A DNA stretch of 64,000 nt, taken from positions 7,442,001 to 7,506,000 of the forward strand of contig CM119371.1 of NCBI GenBank assembly GCA_051294905.1. The letters are read 5' to 3'. How positions within the stretch are numbered: position 1 is the first letter of the stretch; each line of letters starts with the position of its first letter. The notes under the pieces were generated by a model that had not been told where the DNA came from, did no database searches, and saw only the letters and a program-made list of their open reading frames with translations. This DNA is from Botryllus schlosseri (lineage: Eukaryota). Position numbers and translations under genes: made by a program. This document shows, one piece after another, positions 27,130-38,852 of the stretch.

Positions 27130-28635
27130 AGACTTTACCCCCCTTCGAATTTGCTGGAAATCAGTGAGCCATATTTAATGCATGATTTCTATGTCAGTTC
27201 GTAATGAGTAAATGCTGGATGTAGGAGTCAGTAGGCTATAAATATATGGTGCGCTGATGTTAGGGAAGATAATATGTTGATATGAAAACCATGGGATTCC
27301 ACTTGATTCATTGAAAACTGATATTGTCTACACTGTGGATAGAATGTTTGCTATATATTTCTATATTGTCACCATTTCTGGATGTGGTACAAAATTACAC
27401 AGAAACTCACATGTCATCACAATTCCTGGAAATCTTGATATCGAGATCTTGTCTTTTGGCAGGTGACAAAGCCTGAAAGAAAATCTCAAAATTACACAGC
27501 CGATAAAATAGACTTCAACAGTAAAATTGAACAATGGTGCCTCAAACTGTATAGAGAACAAAAATATCAGAAAATACTTTCATTTGGTGTAGAAAATATG
27601 TTGGTGTCCACAGGGAAGTGGTTCACTTGGGTTTATCCATTCCATCTTTACAACATTACAGAGACCTCAAAGTGCCCGTTCTTATAATTTAGGAAGATTT
27701 GGTTGTTCATTGAACTCTGGCCAGTGCCCAATGTCACATACATGATGTAATCAAGCATCTCATAGAGCTTCAACCATAATAGCCACTAATGAACAGAAGC
27801 ATGCATGAATGTATGTTTTTCAACGGGATTTCGAGAACATGCAGCACATGCAAGGATAGCTATTTGGCCATACCTCAATTATTCTACTAGCAGTCACATA
27901 AGGTTCAATCGGATCACATAAAACAGGATAGTAACTTCAGTGTAGGAGCAAATTGAAAACTGACAAGCTCCGGATATCATCTTGGTTATTGTAATGATAA
28001 TAGAATGTCCATGTTCATTGTTTACCCCAACTGTGGCTTGAAAATATGCGCCCAGATAAAACTCACCTTGAATGACATTCGGTAAACGTGCTTGAAAGTT
28101 GCAACTTGCATGACTCTGATCCAAAGAAAATCCTTGCCAGTGCTGATAAAGAAAGGATACATCGGGTTAGGAATGATTCAAATTAGAACTTTACAGTCTG
28201 CAGTCCCAATGTGTTCAGACTTGTTATTATAGATCAAAAATAAGATCGTTAATAATGATTAACTTTATTGTGAATAATTTTTATCATATTAAAACACATC
28301 AACGTTAATGTCACATTCGATTGTTTGCCTTCAAAATAAAAAAATAAAATTGTAAAACGATAAATTTAGAATTACTCACTTTCATTTCCCTGGTAGAATT
28401 GTCGCACGTTGATGCTTGTCAGAGTCCAACTGATTGACATCTGTCGAGATTGTCATGCAAACTTCTTTCATCATCAAAGCCATTTCACATCCGACGACCA
28501 GACTATTGAATGATATGTTATATATATATGAGTATGATGATCTTCTGATTGCAATCCACTGTAATAAAATGAATAATGGTTAAAAAGTAAGAATAATGAA
28601 TTTATATGCAGCACATATTGCTCAACCCTGGAAAT
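27130..28635 (-). pseudogene. Decayed FN3-like glycoprotein gene, least-interrupted copy C2
   Basis: Nearly open minus frame over ~27170-27650: MEWINPSEPLPCG..FNFTVEVYFIG..FNESSG..FPNISAP, with several N-x-S/T sequons. Also GEFYLGAYFQ (ORF 27894-28124). Confidence 0.45.
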
Positions 28636-29884
28636 CGTACCAGCGGATGTGGTAGGCCTACATAACAAGTAGCCGATAGTCGCCTCATACAAATATAATC
28701 AAAATGGGTTCATGGTTGATTATGCGCACAAATTTAGTATCCTGATCGCGGATAACAAAAATGTGCCGACAGTTTTTGAATCAGCGCTTCCAAATATGTC
28801 AAAAACAATAAAATAACAAGATAAACAAAAATTTAATCCCCTATTATCAGGCCTACATAGTTGATCACTGTTAATCCACGATTCTCATCAAGTAAGATAA
28901 CCAATTACGCATACAAACTTGTAACTTGTAACCTAAGCTCAATTTGCAAGCACATACTGAGTATAGCCAACGATTTGAAGAGTGAATAACATGAGCAAAT
29001 ATCGTATGCAGCTCAACAAACAAACTGAATTACGGGATGATTGAAACTTAAACAGCCTACAGCAGGGGTGTGAAACTTGAATTGCGTTGCGGGCCGTATT
29101 CAAGCCTTCAAATCACTCGCGGGACAGATCAGTCAACTAATTGAAAAATGTTACCTTGCGCTCTTGCTTTTCAACATAATAGCATATATATATATAATAG
29201 ATAATACACGGCTCAAAGAGTTTGTAAAGTAGCAAGTAGCAACACCTTTATTCGCAAACAATGAAATTGGCAAAATATGGTGATTGTCTTTTTGTATACA
29301 GTTCAGACCCGTTAAAACAGTAGCAGCAAAGACGATATAAGTTGGCACATTCTATACTATGCTCCCTTTGAATCAGTTGTAATCTGGCGTTAGCCTCGTA
29401 TATGCATTGGAGTTACATACATAGGCTACATACAAGACATATATTTGGACACGCGACGGTTGGTATTTGGTTTATTATTATTACATGGCAAGTCCGGTTA
29501 GTTTCATGTCTGTTGACCCATTGGGTCGAAAGTGACACAGCAGTGCGTCCATAGATATGCCCTGGCCTACAGAAATCAGTACGTTCCAAACTCCGGACAT
29601 TTCAGGACTCAGCTGAACACTTGTACAAACTACCAATCTAGATTGTTGACGGTTAAGAGTAGCTCTAGTGGCTGATTTTGGGAAAGCGAGTAATTCTAGT
29701 ATCGTCGTTTGGCGTGAATAATGATAATGGTGCTCCAAAAACCGTCCATTTCACATTCTCAAACCCATTTTTTAAAGGTATATTCTATTACCAACTCAGT
29801 AAATTGTATTTCAAGTACCGCAGTCTTTATGGAACTGAAAATCCATTTTTGTACCAGTCTGCTCAGCCGAGTTATGAGTGCAAT

Positions 29885-31516
29885 CTATCTCTTCACAAAT
29901 ACGGATTTGTAAATTTGATAACCTTCATCTACATTTGGTTTCACTTTGGTCCATTTGTCTTGTGATATATCATACTTTTCAATTTCATCAGAGGTTTCGT
30001 AATCTGTTACTGCAAAAATCCACTTGTCAATGTGATACGCAGAAACTCGACAATGACAAGCATTCATAGAAGATAACGAAGTCCACTGAGATGAAGTAAC
30101 ATCGTAACATTCTACATTGTCGACTATCTTGATTTTACTCCTCAACCCACCGATTACAAATATCTTCTGATCAACTGCAACAACGCCACTAACACAAACA
30201 GGATATCTCATTGGGTTGAGATTAACCCACTCTGATGAGGATGGAGTGAATCTGCAGAATGATGAAACTGGGACATTATCTTGTCCTGCACCTCCGATAC
30301 AATAGATGGAATCATTCAATGATACGAGACTTGTTAAACGAATCGTTGAAGGTTTGTGTTTCAGTTGAAACCATTGATTCGCGGGGGAAGTAAATATTTC
30401 CACATCTCTTGTTGCTTCAGGATAACTTCCTCCAACGACGAATATCGATCCTGACAAAGAAACTGAGCGAGGATCGGTTCCATGTTCACAAATCATATCT
30501 TTCATCTTTTCCCATTTTGAATTTTTGCTCTGAAAATTTAGTCGATGAACTGATTTGTTCTCACATAAAACGTAGATATATAAGTCAAGAGTAATCGCCG
30601 AGAAATGTTTTAAATTCTTAAAATTCTCATCGTGAAACTTCTCTACTCTCTCAGTTATTGGGTTGAAGGATCGGATAGAATTTGCCTCGTCCTCAAAAAG
30701 AATTATCAATTCATCCCTGCTAGTTTCTTCGTTTGTTTTCTGTGATGCTTTCGAAGTTTTCAAAAGATGTCCAGTGATCAACTTGTACAGTCCTAAGTCG
30801 TTACTGACGATTAGGTTTGATTGCAAAAGACGTTCTAAAAATGCCGGAGAGACTTCATTGAACTTGATTGCCTCAAGACATTCGTGCAAATGTTCCTGAT
30901 TTTTGCGATTTTTCTCAACCCAATTGAACAATAAGGTTAGTTTTTCTTCTTCACATAACTTTGACTTTTCCGACATCACAAATTTGAGGATTTTAGATTT
31001 TTCAATATTTCCAAATTCAGGTTGGTTTGAAATTTCCATGATATTTTCATGAAAAAATGCTTGACATCGTGCAGAGATGGCATCCAGTCCATACATATCG
31101 GCGACATTTCTTGTGGAAAAGTAATTCTCTACATTAACTGATCCCTCCAAAACGTCGGATACTGCCTGTTTCACGTCTTCCAGTTGCATCATGATCGCGA
31201 CATGGAGAAGATCATTCATCTTTTCATCAGGAATTTCAAATTTACCCGAATATATGAAATCGATGCAGTTTTTCACACACTGAGAATCGACCTCTTTCAA
31301 AACAACTTTTCCTTCGCGACTCTCTTTAGTGTCGTGCTTTAACATAGCTTTGAAATAAGCACAACCAGCCGACAATACATTCTTGTGAGTGTAATAGACA
31401 TCATCTCCAACTTGAATTATGAAATCACAATGATCGTTCCCCTGTTTCATTCGATGTAATTCTTCCATCATCTTCACTGAATGTTTCTCTACATTTGGAC
31501 ACACAATCTGCACCAT
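29885..31516 (-). CDS. Kelch-like protein K2 (BTB-BACK-Kelch), single ORF
   Basis: Full-length open paralogue of K1 with the same BTB, BACK and GG-kelch motifs. Ends IYKSVFVKR*. Confidence 0.92.
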   Translation of the reverse strand: MVQIVCPNVEKHSVKMMEELHRMKQGNDHCDFIIQVGDDVYYTHKNVLSAGCAYFKAMLKHDTKESREGKVVLKEVDSQCVKNCIDFIYSGKFEIPDEKMNDLLHVAIMMQLEDVKQAVSDVLEGSVNVENYFSTRNVADMYGLDAISARCQAFFHENIMEISNQPEFGNIEKSKILKFVMSEKSKLCEEEKLTLLFNWVEKNRKNQEHLHECLEAIKFNEVSPAFLERLLQSNLIVSNDLGLYKLITGHLLKTSKASQKTNEETSRDELIILFEDEANSIRSFNPITERVEKFHDENFKNLKHFSAITLDLYIYVLCENKSVHRLNFQSKNSKWEKMKDMICEHGTDPRSVSLSGSIFVVGGSYPEATRDVEIFTSPANQWFQLKHKPSTIRLTSLVSLNDSIYCIGGAGQDNVPVSSFCRFTPSSSEWVNLNPMRYPVCVSGVVAVDQKIFVIGGLRSKIKIVDNVECYDVTSSQWTSLSSMNACHCRVSAYHIDKWIFAVTDYETSDEIEKYDISQDKWTKVKPNVDEGYQIYKSVFVKR

Positions 31517-32480
31517 GATTGTCAATCATCCACAATAGGTTATATAGAATGATCATACGATTAATATGATATAGTCAAGCACTGTTATTGAAGTAAGGAT
31601 GATTAGTAGGGCGATTTTTTTGATATGTCAAAGAAAGTTAAAATTGAGGCGTTAAAATTGTTCACTAAGTCAAAATTCTTTTCACCTCTGCATTTCGTTT
31701 GTATCATAGATTTTGCACTGTCGGTGAACTTATTTGATATTTTACAGCTTGTAGACTATTTTATAGGCCTACCGTTGTAGACGGAGCATTGTCTGCTCAT
31801 TGTGGATCATAAACGGTTACAAGCACACACATTCTCACAATGCTACAGTGATAAACATTGGTCAGAAACGAAATTTATGAAGTAGTCAAATAGCATATCT
31901 ATAGTCTACATGCACTTGGTCAAGTATTCAATTGCAGTCTTTCTTAATCATTTTTTCGATCCAAGCAGCTGAGCTACACTACAAATATTTTTAATTTGGT
32001 CAAGTGGGAAGCAGCGCTTGGTTATATTTACACCAATATTACAATTAAGCGAAAGCAGACAATGTATTTACTTAGTCACAGTATCACGGTATAATTCCAA
32101 AAATTGCATCAATCTGGGACTGCATCGAGAAGATGCATATTGCGATTTTCTTCCTCTGTGCAACTGAATTGCAATTTACAAATTATGTCCAATTTTAAAA
32201 ATATCGTTACTAATAACAGGGATTGATGGTACATAAAAATCCTATTTTAGTTATTATTAGTAATTTCAAGATACTTTTGAAAGCAATACTTTTCATAATA
32301 AAGAAGTTGTCACTCAAATACTCAGTGATTTTGCGTTTTACTGAGCCTCCATTGTTCTATCAATAATAAATTGGCCGCAAACAAAGTGATCGGAGTTCAC
32401 AAACTAGTAGTATAGTAACCTAATGGCACAGTATATATCCATTTTTATAGAATGTTCATAGTGGTCGGTACCCGCCTTAA

Positions 32481-33141
32481 AGGGGCACTGCGCTCTAAAA
32501 ATAATGTGGTCTCAAATTGAAGGGCAAAAGGAAAAAAAAATTGGCCGCAGTCATTTCCTTCAGAACGCCACCGTAATGAAGCTGCAATGTATTGAAATTT
32601 CCATAGGACCCTCATGATCCAGCTGGCGCGGCTGCACGTCATTTCTTAACCCGTTACATGGCACGATGTCTTCACCGGTGCACTTGGTCGACGCGATTAG
32701 GCAGTCACGCAGAAAACGAACCTTATGTATTTGTCAGCCGATGCTATGAAGGAAACATTTCTTACACGTCAAGGTGGTTTAGATACGGCTTTCAACGGAC
32801 GATGTTCAGCCAGGAGATTGATGTCTAAATTGGGCCAAGTGTATTATATTTCTTCAGGACAGAAATATATCACGTCCTATTCTTATACATAAAACATGAT
32901 CATCACTAATCAGTATGATGGTGGGCTGATAACTATCTAAATTTCGTTTTTTAAGTGATTGCCTAATCTTGTCGAGAAAGTGCAACGGCGAAGATATCGC
33001 GCCATAAATTTTGTCAACGGCTTGAGAAACGATGCAGCTCCATTACGGTAGCGTTTTGAAGAAAATGGCTGCCACCAAATTATTTTTTTTCGTTTCGCAA
33101 TTCAATTTCAGAGCACATCATTTTTAGAGCGTAGTGCCTCT
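32481..33141. mobile_element. TTAA-target non-autonomous element, Kolobok-like
   Basis: Ends AGGGGCACTGCGCTCTAAAAAT...ATTTTTAGAGCGTAGTGCCTCT with TTAA on both sides. The empty site CCCGCCTTAATCAAACCC is seen in the paralogous sequence at ~42293-42310. Confidence 0.8.
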
Positions 33142-34125
33142 TTAACCAAACCCAGTGTATGATTTGAATCGGATTATAATCAGGTTAATAAGTTTATTTT
33201 ACTAGTCAACCATTGGCGCTGGCTTAATTTGCATCTCACAGATGTGTACGAAGCCATTTTTGCATGTGTATTCAACTCTGTATTCGTCCCCCTATTCCAA
33301 ATAAATGGCAGATTTCGTGACTGGACCTGACTCGAGTCACCTTTAAAAATCGATTGACTCGACTCGACCGAATTCAAAATGCGCAATGACTCAAGACGAC
33401 TCGTGACCCGAAGGTAGTGATCTGATCCCAAACATTGATCACACTTAGCAAGAGAGGTGACCTATTTATGGATGTCACAATTCCCTTGTCATCGATACAG
33501 GTTATTGTTTCAACTCATAGCGGGTTGCGAGTTGAGCACGGGCCGTCGGTATCATTTACGAGCGGCACAGTGAAATTTTACGATTCTTGTGGACCTCGAC
33601 TTAAACAACGAGAACTTTTCAGATTTTGCAAATCAGGGTACAATCAGATATATAGCTATAATGTTGTTTCCAAATTAAGGGTAGAATCAGAATTATAGCT
33701 AAACAGTATTTTCTAAACTAGATTAAAATTAGGAATATAGTTACACTTCTTTTCCAAATGATATTAGAATTGCTGAGTTCACGAAAACTTGGACATTGAA
33801 TCAACTTCATTTCGTATCAAATCATCGTTCCGAGCACGAGAATGGAAAATGTCTGTACCGCAAGCTTAACTCGTTTCGAGCTATACAGTTCATCTGCAGC
33901 ATTTACGGGAAAGCCGGAAATTAGATCAGAATAAAAACTATAGCATAAAAACATTTCCAAAATTAAATTAGAATTAAAGCAAGGACACATTTCATGAATT
34001 CGATTACTGGCATTTCAAACTAATTAGTCAAATTGTACAACTAAAATTATGTAGTTGTCCAAGTAGGTCTGGACAGTCTCCACCTTTTTTTGTCAACTGT
34101 TTGATTTGGAGTCCGACTTGGGTTG

Positions 34126-34376
34126 TCACTTGGGGCCTACAGTGCACTTTGCCCGGTCACTAGATGTCGACAAATTGAAGGAGGCGCTTTTCGTAATGAG
34201 TTCACGACAAATGTGAAATTTTGTCGCGTCGGTGTCTGCTTCTGTGACAACCTGCGATCCAGTGATGGGGCTGGGGTTTGAATTTTACGAATTGTTTGTT
34301 TGGCTGCTTCGAGCCACCACATTCTTACTCCCCTTGAAACTTTGCCGAGTTTGCACTGCTACACGGCCTCCTTGAT
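34126..34376 (-). pseudogene. Terminal-exon relic 'A' (copy 2)
   Basis: Homology to the other A copies; acceptor ..TATTTTTGCAG retained. Confidence 0.35.
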
Positions 34377-35511
34377 CTGCAAAAATATTAGCGAGTCAGT
34401 CAATACCAGCATTGGAATCACAGGCTATTGAGGTATTTTTTAAAACCCGGGAATTCGAAAAAGCATCTTCCTGAACTAAAGCAGCGCTTTGTTTGCTCTT
34501 AAAGCAGCATTATAATATCATCTGAATATCTTGAACACGCTACATTGCTGTGATAATAATACCACCTATTGCATAATAATGAACTACAATCTTCTTCAAT
34601 CTTTTTCGTAATGGTACACCATTTTAAAGAATGTTCAAAATTTGGCCACCTCAGTTCAAATAATACATCGAATCCGTAGTATTCCTAATCAGAAGAGGGA
34701 TCTTACCCTGCTGCAATCTATAGGAAATGCTAATGCTACAAACAAATCAGCTTCCGACATAACTGGATGACAATCGAACACAGTGGTTTTCAACCAGGGT
34801 CTTGGAAACAGTATTAGGAAACCGTGAACCGATTGATAAATATAGTTTCTGTCATTGTAAGCTAGGGCAGACCAACACAAACCCAGCTCTCTGCACCGTC
34901 CAGTCAGATTCCATGTATCGAGATTGTTTCAAAGACAGCAAATTCTTTTTCTCATTGAGGTAGTCTACTTCCGAGTTGCTTGAAAATAGGGTTACAATAC
35001 GTCTTCCTTTTTCACGTTTTTGAAAATGTCCTCCGAGGACGCCTAAATGTCTTCCTTTTTGGCAATTTGTCCCCCTTTACAGCTTTTACAGCTACGATAA
35101 TGGATAGATTCGAGTGAAAATGGGCATAAATGACGCTAAATGGGAAATTCGTGGTTAGATCGAAAGTGACGATCTCTTATTTCAAGTAACACCACCAATT
35201 TTAAGTAAAAAGTCTGTCAAACGGGTGTCGAACGAAAGTGATGACCTTTTTTTAGTCAAGCAACCATCAAGTCAAGAAAAAAATTAACATTTTTTTCGGA
35301 CGTTGCTCCTGTATTGTAAGACTGAAAATTTTGAAAAAGTGTCTTCTTTTGAGATTCCCTATTGGAAAAGCAATACTTTTACTCGTACTGGAGTGAACTT
35401 TGCATTGCTACTCTTACTTGGAGTAGCTTTTTCGACCACTTCTGATCATGCATACGAGCTCATGCAATCGCATAGTTATTCTTAGTAACTTTTCCGAGAC
35501 AGCTAGGAGAA

Positions 35512-35735
35512 AGAGAGAGAGATATATGATATTCTTTTTCGCCTGTCCCATCGAGATGCTTTGGCGACGGAGTTGCGATACTGCCGTGAGGTCATCTAGT
35601 CTGTGCCACCGTTTTTTTTCCCTCCACCATGCTATCCGTGATTGCTGAGTCTTTGGTATGACCTGGCCGGGGATCGAACCCACGACCTACCGATCGAGAA
35701 GCAGGACATATAACCATTACACTATCTCGCTCGGT
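35512..35735 (-). mobile_element. tRNA-derived SINE (internally deleted relative to the 45680-45945 copy)
   Basis: Minus strand: A box TAGTGTAATGG and B box GGTTCGATCCC, then a non-tRNA body and a simple-repeat tail. Confidence 0.75.
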
Positions 35736-35737
35736 GG

Positions 35738-37568
35738 ACTTTACTTCCATCCAAATTTACTGGTCTTGGTGTGCAATATTTATTGCATGATATCTTTGTC
35801 GGCATGGAATGAGTAAATATTGGATGTAGACATAGGTAGAGTGTAAATATTGGTCTGCTCATGTCACAGGAGATAGCATAGTGCTATGAATATCCATGGG
35901 ATTTCATTCTGAAATTTTCAACATCACGGACAGAATGTTTGCTATATATTTGTTACACTGTTGACATTCTGGATATGCCACAGTATTTTATAGCAACTCA
36001 CCTGAAATCATCACGATTCCTGAAAATCTTGATATCGAGATCTTGTCTTTTGGCAGGTGACATGGTCTGAAAGAAAATCTCACAATTACACAGTCGGAAA
36101 ATGGACTTGAACCAGACTTGGACAACTGGAAAATTTCGAGCTTTTTTGAATTAAATTCGAGCTACAGCTACAAAGTTTTTCCAAATTTGAGTAGAATTGA
36201 AATTATAGTTACACGGTTATTTCCAAATTAGATCAAAATTATAAGTATAGCTAGCTTTGTCCCAATTGAATTACAATTACCGAATTCGCGAAAACTTAGA
36301 TATTGAATCAAGTTCCGTTAATACCAAATCATGGTCCATTCTGATGAGCATGACTTGAGTATAGCATGCTGCATGAAAATAGCAAATGTCTGTAGAACAA
36401 GCTTGGCTCGTTTCATACTATACAGTTCGCCTGTAGCATTTACAGGAAAACCAGAAAGTAAACTAGAAATAAAATGATAGCATGGAAACATTTTACAAAT
36501 TAGATTAGAATTAGATTACCGGTACCAACATTTAGGAAAATTTGTTCGGTTATTAGAATCTGCCCTGTGCCGAATGTCCCATTAACAATATAATCAACTA
36601 TCTCGTAAAAGAGTTCAATCATGATGATCACTAACAAATACAAAGGCATGCTTGAATGAATGCTTTTAGACGGGACTTCAAGAACATGCAGCACTGGGAG
36701 GGTAGCTATTAGTCATACTTCAATTGTTCTATTAGCAGCCATTCACGGTTCAATCAGTTCGTACAAACCGGCATAATAACTGCAGTGTTAGAGCAAATTG
36801 AAAACTGATATCATTATGTTAACTTCACTAATCAATTCTTTAATTACTTCTGTAGGTGCAAATAGAATGTTGATGTCTGTCCGAATTCTGACTTGAAAAT
36901 ACGCAGCCAGATAAAACTCACCATGCATGAAAATTGGTAAATTGGTAGAAATAATAGCCAAAAGACGTTCTAAAAATGCCGGTGAGACTGCATCAAACTT
37001 TATTGCTTCAAAACATTTGTGCAAATGTTCCTGATGTTCAAAGTTGCAACTTGCTTGAATCTGATCGAAAGAAAATGCTTGCCTGTGATGATAAAGAAAT
37101 GATACATAGGGTTAGGATCGATTCAAATTCGAACTTCACAGTCACTCAATATGTTCAGACTTCTTGTTATAGATATAAATATGATTGTTACTAGTGTTTA
37201 AGTAAAGTTCATTGTGAATAATTTTATTATTTCAAAACACCCCACCATAGCATCGATGGCAAATAATCGAATCCGAAAGCATTGATTTTACGAAAAGGTA
37301 AATTCAGAATTACTCACTTTCATCTCCCGGGTAGAATTGTGACATATTGATGCATGTCAGTTCCCAAATGATTGATATCGGTCGAGATTGCTATGCGAAC
37401 TTCTTTTATCACCGAAGCCCTTTCCCATCCGACGACCAGACTATTAAATGATACGTTATCCTATATGATGATATTCTGATTGCAATCCACTGTAACAAAT
37501 TGAAGAGTGGTTATGAAAAGTAAATTCAATGAATCGATATACACCACAGATTGCTCAAGCCTGGCCAT
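35738..37568 (-). pseudogene. Decayed FN3-like glycoprotein gene, copy C3
   Basis: ACCATGG start at 37568 gives MARLEQSVVYIDSLNLLFITTLQFVTVDCNQNIII*DNVSFNSLVVGWE. Downstream GEFYLAAYFQ and ANRTIEV. Interrupted by repeat insertions. Confidence 0.45.
36958..37035 (-). other. ~78-bp fragment of KLHL coding sequence inserted in intergenic DNA
   Basis: Encodes QEHLHKCFEAIKFDAVSPAFLERLL, matching the BACK region of the paralogues (e.g. 30824-30900). Absent from the other C copies. Confidence 0.85.
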
Positions 37569-38852
37569 GGTACCAGCAGAAGTGGTAGATAACGAGTTCC
37601 CGATAGTCGTCTCATATAAACATATTCGAAATGGTTGGTTTCAAGTAAAAATCAGGAATCTTGATCATGGATAGCGAAAAAATTGCACTTCTTTATTCGG
37701 TGCACTTAAATTCATCAAAAACAATAAAAATGACAAGATAAACAAAAATCTCTCATCTGATTTTATTTTGTACTTGATCATTGTTCATCCAGGATTCTCA
37801 TAAAATAAGATAGGCATATAAACTCGCAACTTGGAAACCAAACCCTACTTGGAAGCGCATCCTGTTGTGAGCAATAGGCCTATTCCCTCTAAGCTGCGCA
37901 TGAGCGCAAATGCGTAGTACTGAGACGGTCTCGGCACACAAAAATATAAAGTGATGCCTTTTTTTATCCGTTACGCACTTTTGCCCAAGGGACAGCGCAG
38001 TGAGTTGGCGAGTGTGCGCAAAAATTAGAGGGAGCACAAATTGTGAGTGTTGCTCTTGAAGAGCAAATAACTTGATATCATTTGCGACTCAACAAGGGAC
38101 AGATTATCGGCAATCACTTGAAAATTTTAACATATTGAATTATGGGAAGGGTGAAAATCATACTGCCTACAGTAGGTTCCCCAGTCCTGATATTGGCCTT
38201 ATAAGTCATGTGGAATAAATTGCACAAGTCATCAAAATCAACGACTATATTTCTATTGAGTAAGGAACTACTGTAAATATATGAAGGGCTGTTTCAACTG
38301 AAATTGCTGGCAGATTTATACACTTTCTGTATTTCTCCACAAAATTACTGGTTACTATTGCTATGATATTCATCAAATAGTACAAAACTGGACCTACAAA
38401 GTTTCGCTGCTTTGAAACAAAAAATGCACAATCTTCGAGGCAATTATGATCGATTGAAAATGAAATGAATCGAAAATTGTAATTGTGAGCGACTTTATTT
38501 TAATCACGTATCAGCTGCAGACTTGTACAAACTACTAATCTAGTTGCTCCATGGTCAAAGAGTAGTTCTAGTAGCAAATTTTGAAAGCGAGTAGTTTGGC
38601 GTGAATAGTGATACTGGTGTTCTGTTGTGTGACGTTCTTGCAGCTATTGTTAGCTTGGAGTCAACACTACTAACAATGGCGTAGCCAGGGAATGGGTTTT
38701 GAGGGTCGGAAACCGTTCATTTCGAATTCTAAACCCTGTTCTTTTGAAACGCAGATTCTATTTCCAACTCAGTAATTCACATTATAAGTACTGCAGTTGC
38801 TTCAGAACTGAAAATCCAGTAAATTGTACAAGTCTACTCAGGTGAGTAAAAT

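Noticed and set aside
27130..28635. Block C as a plus-strand R2/RLE retrotransposon relic, or as a tyrosine-phosphatase domain on the minus strand
   Set aside because: Only chance-level motifs (GLSIPSL, RRPD; IVMTC, KYIA). No YADD-type RT or HCSAG motif, plus-strand frames have many shared stops, and the minus frame looks extracellular.
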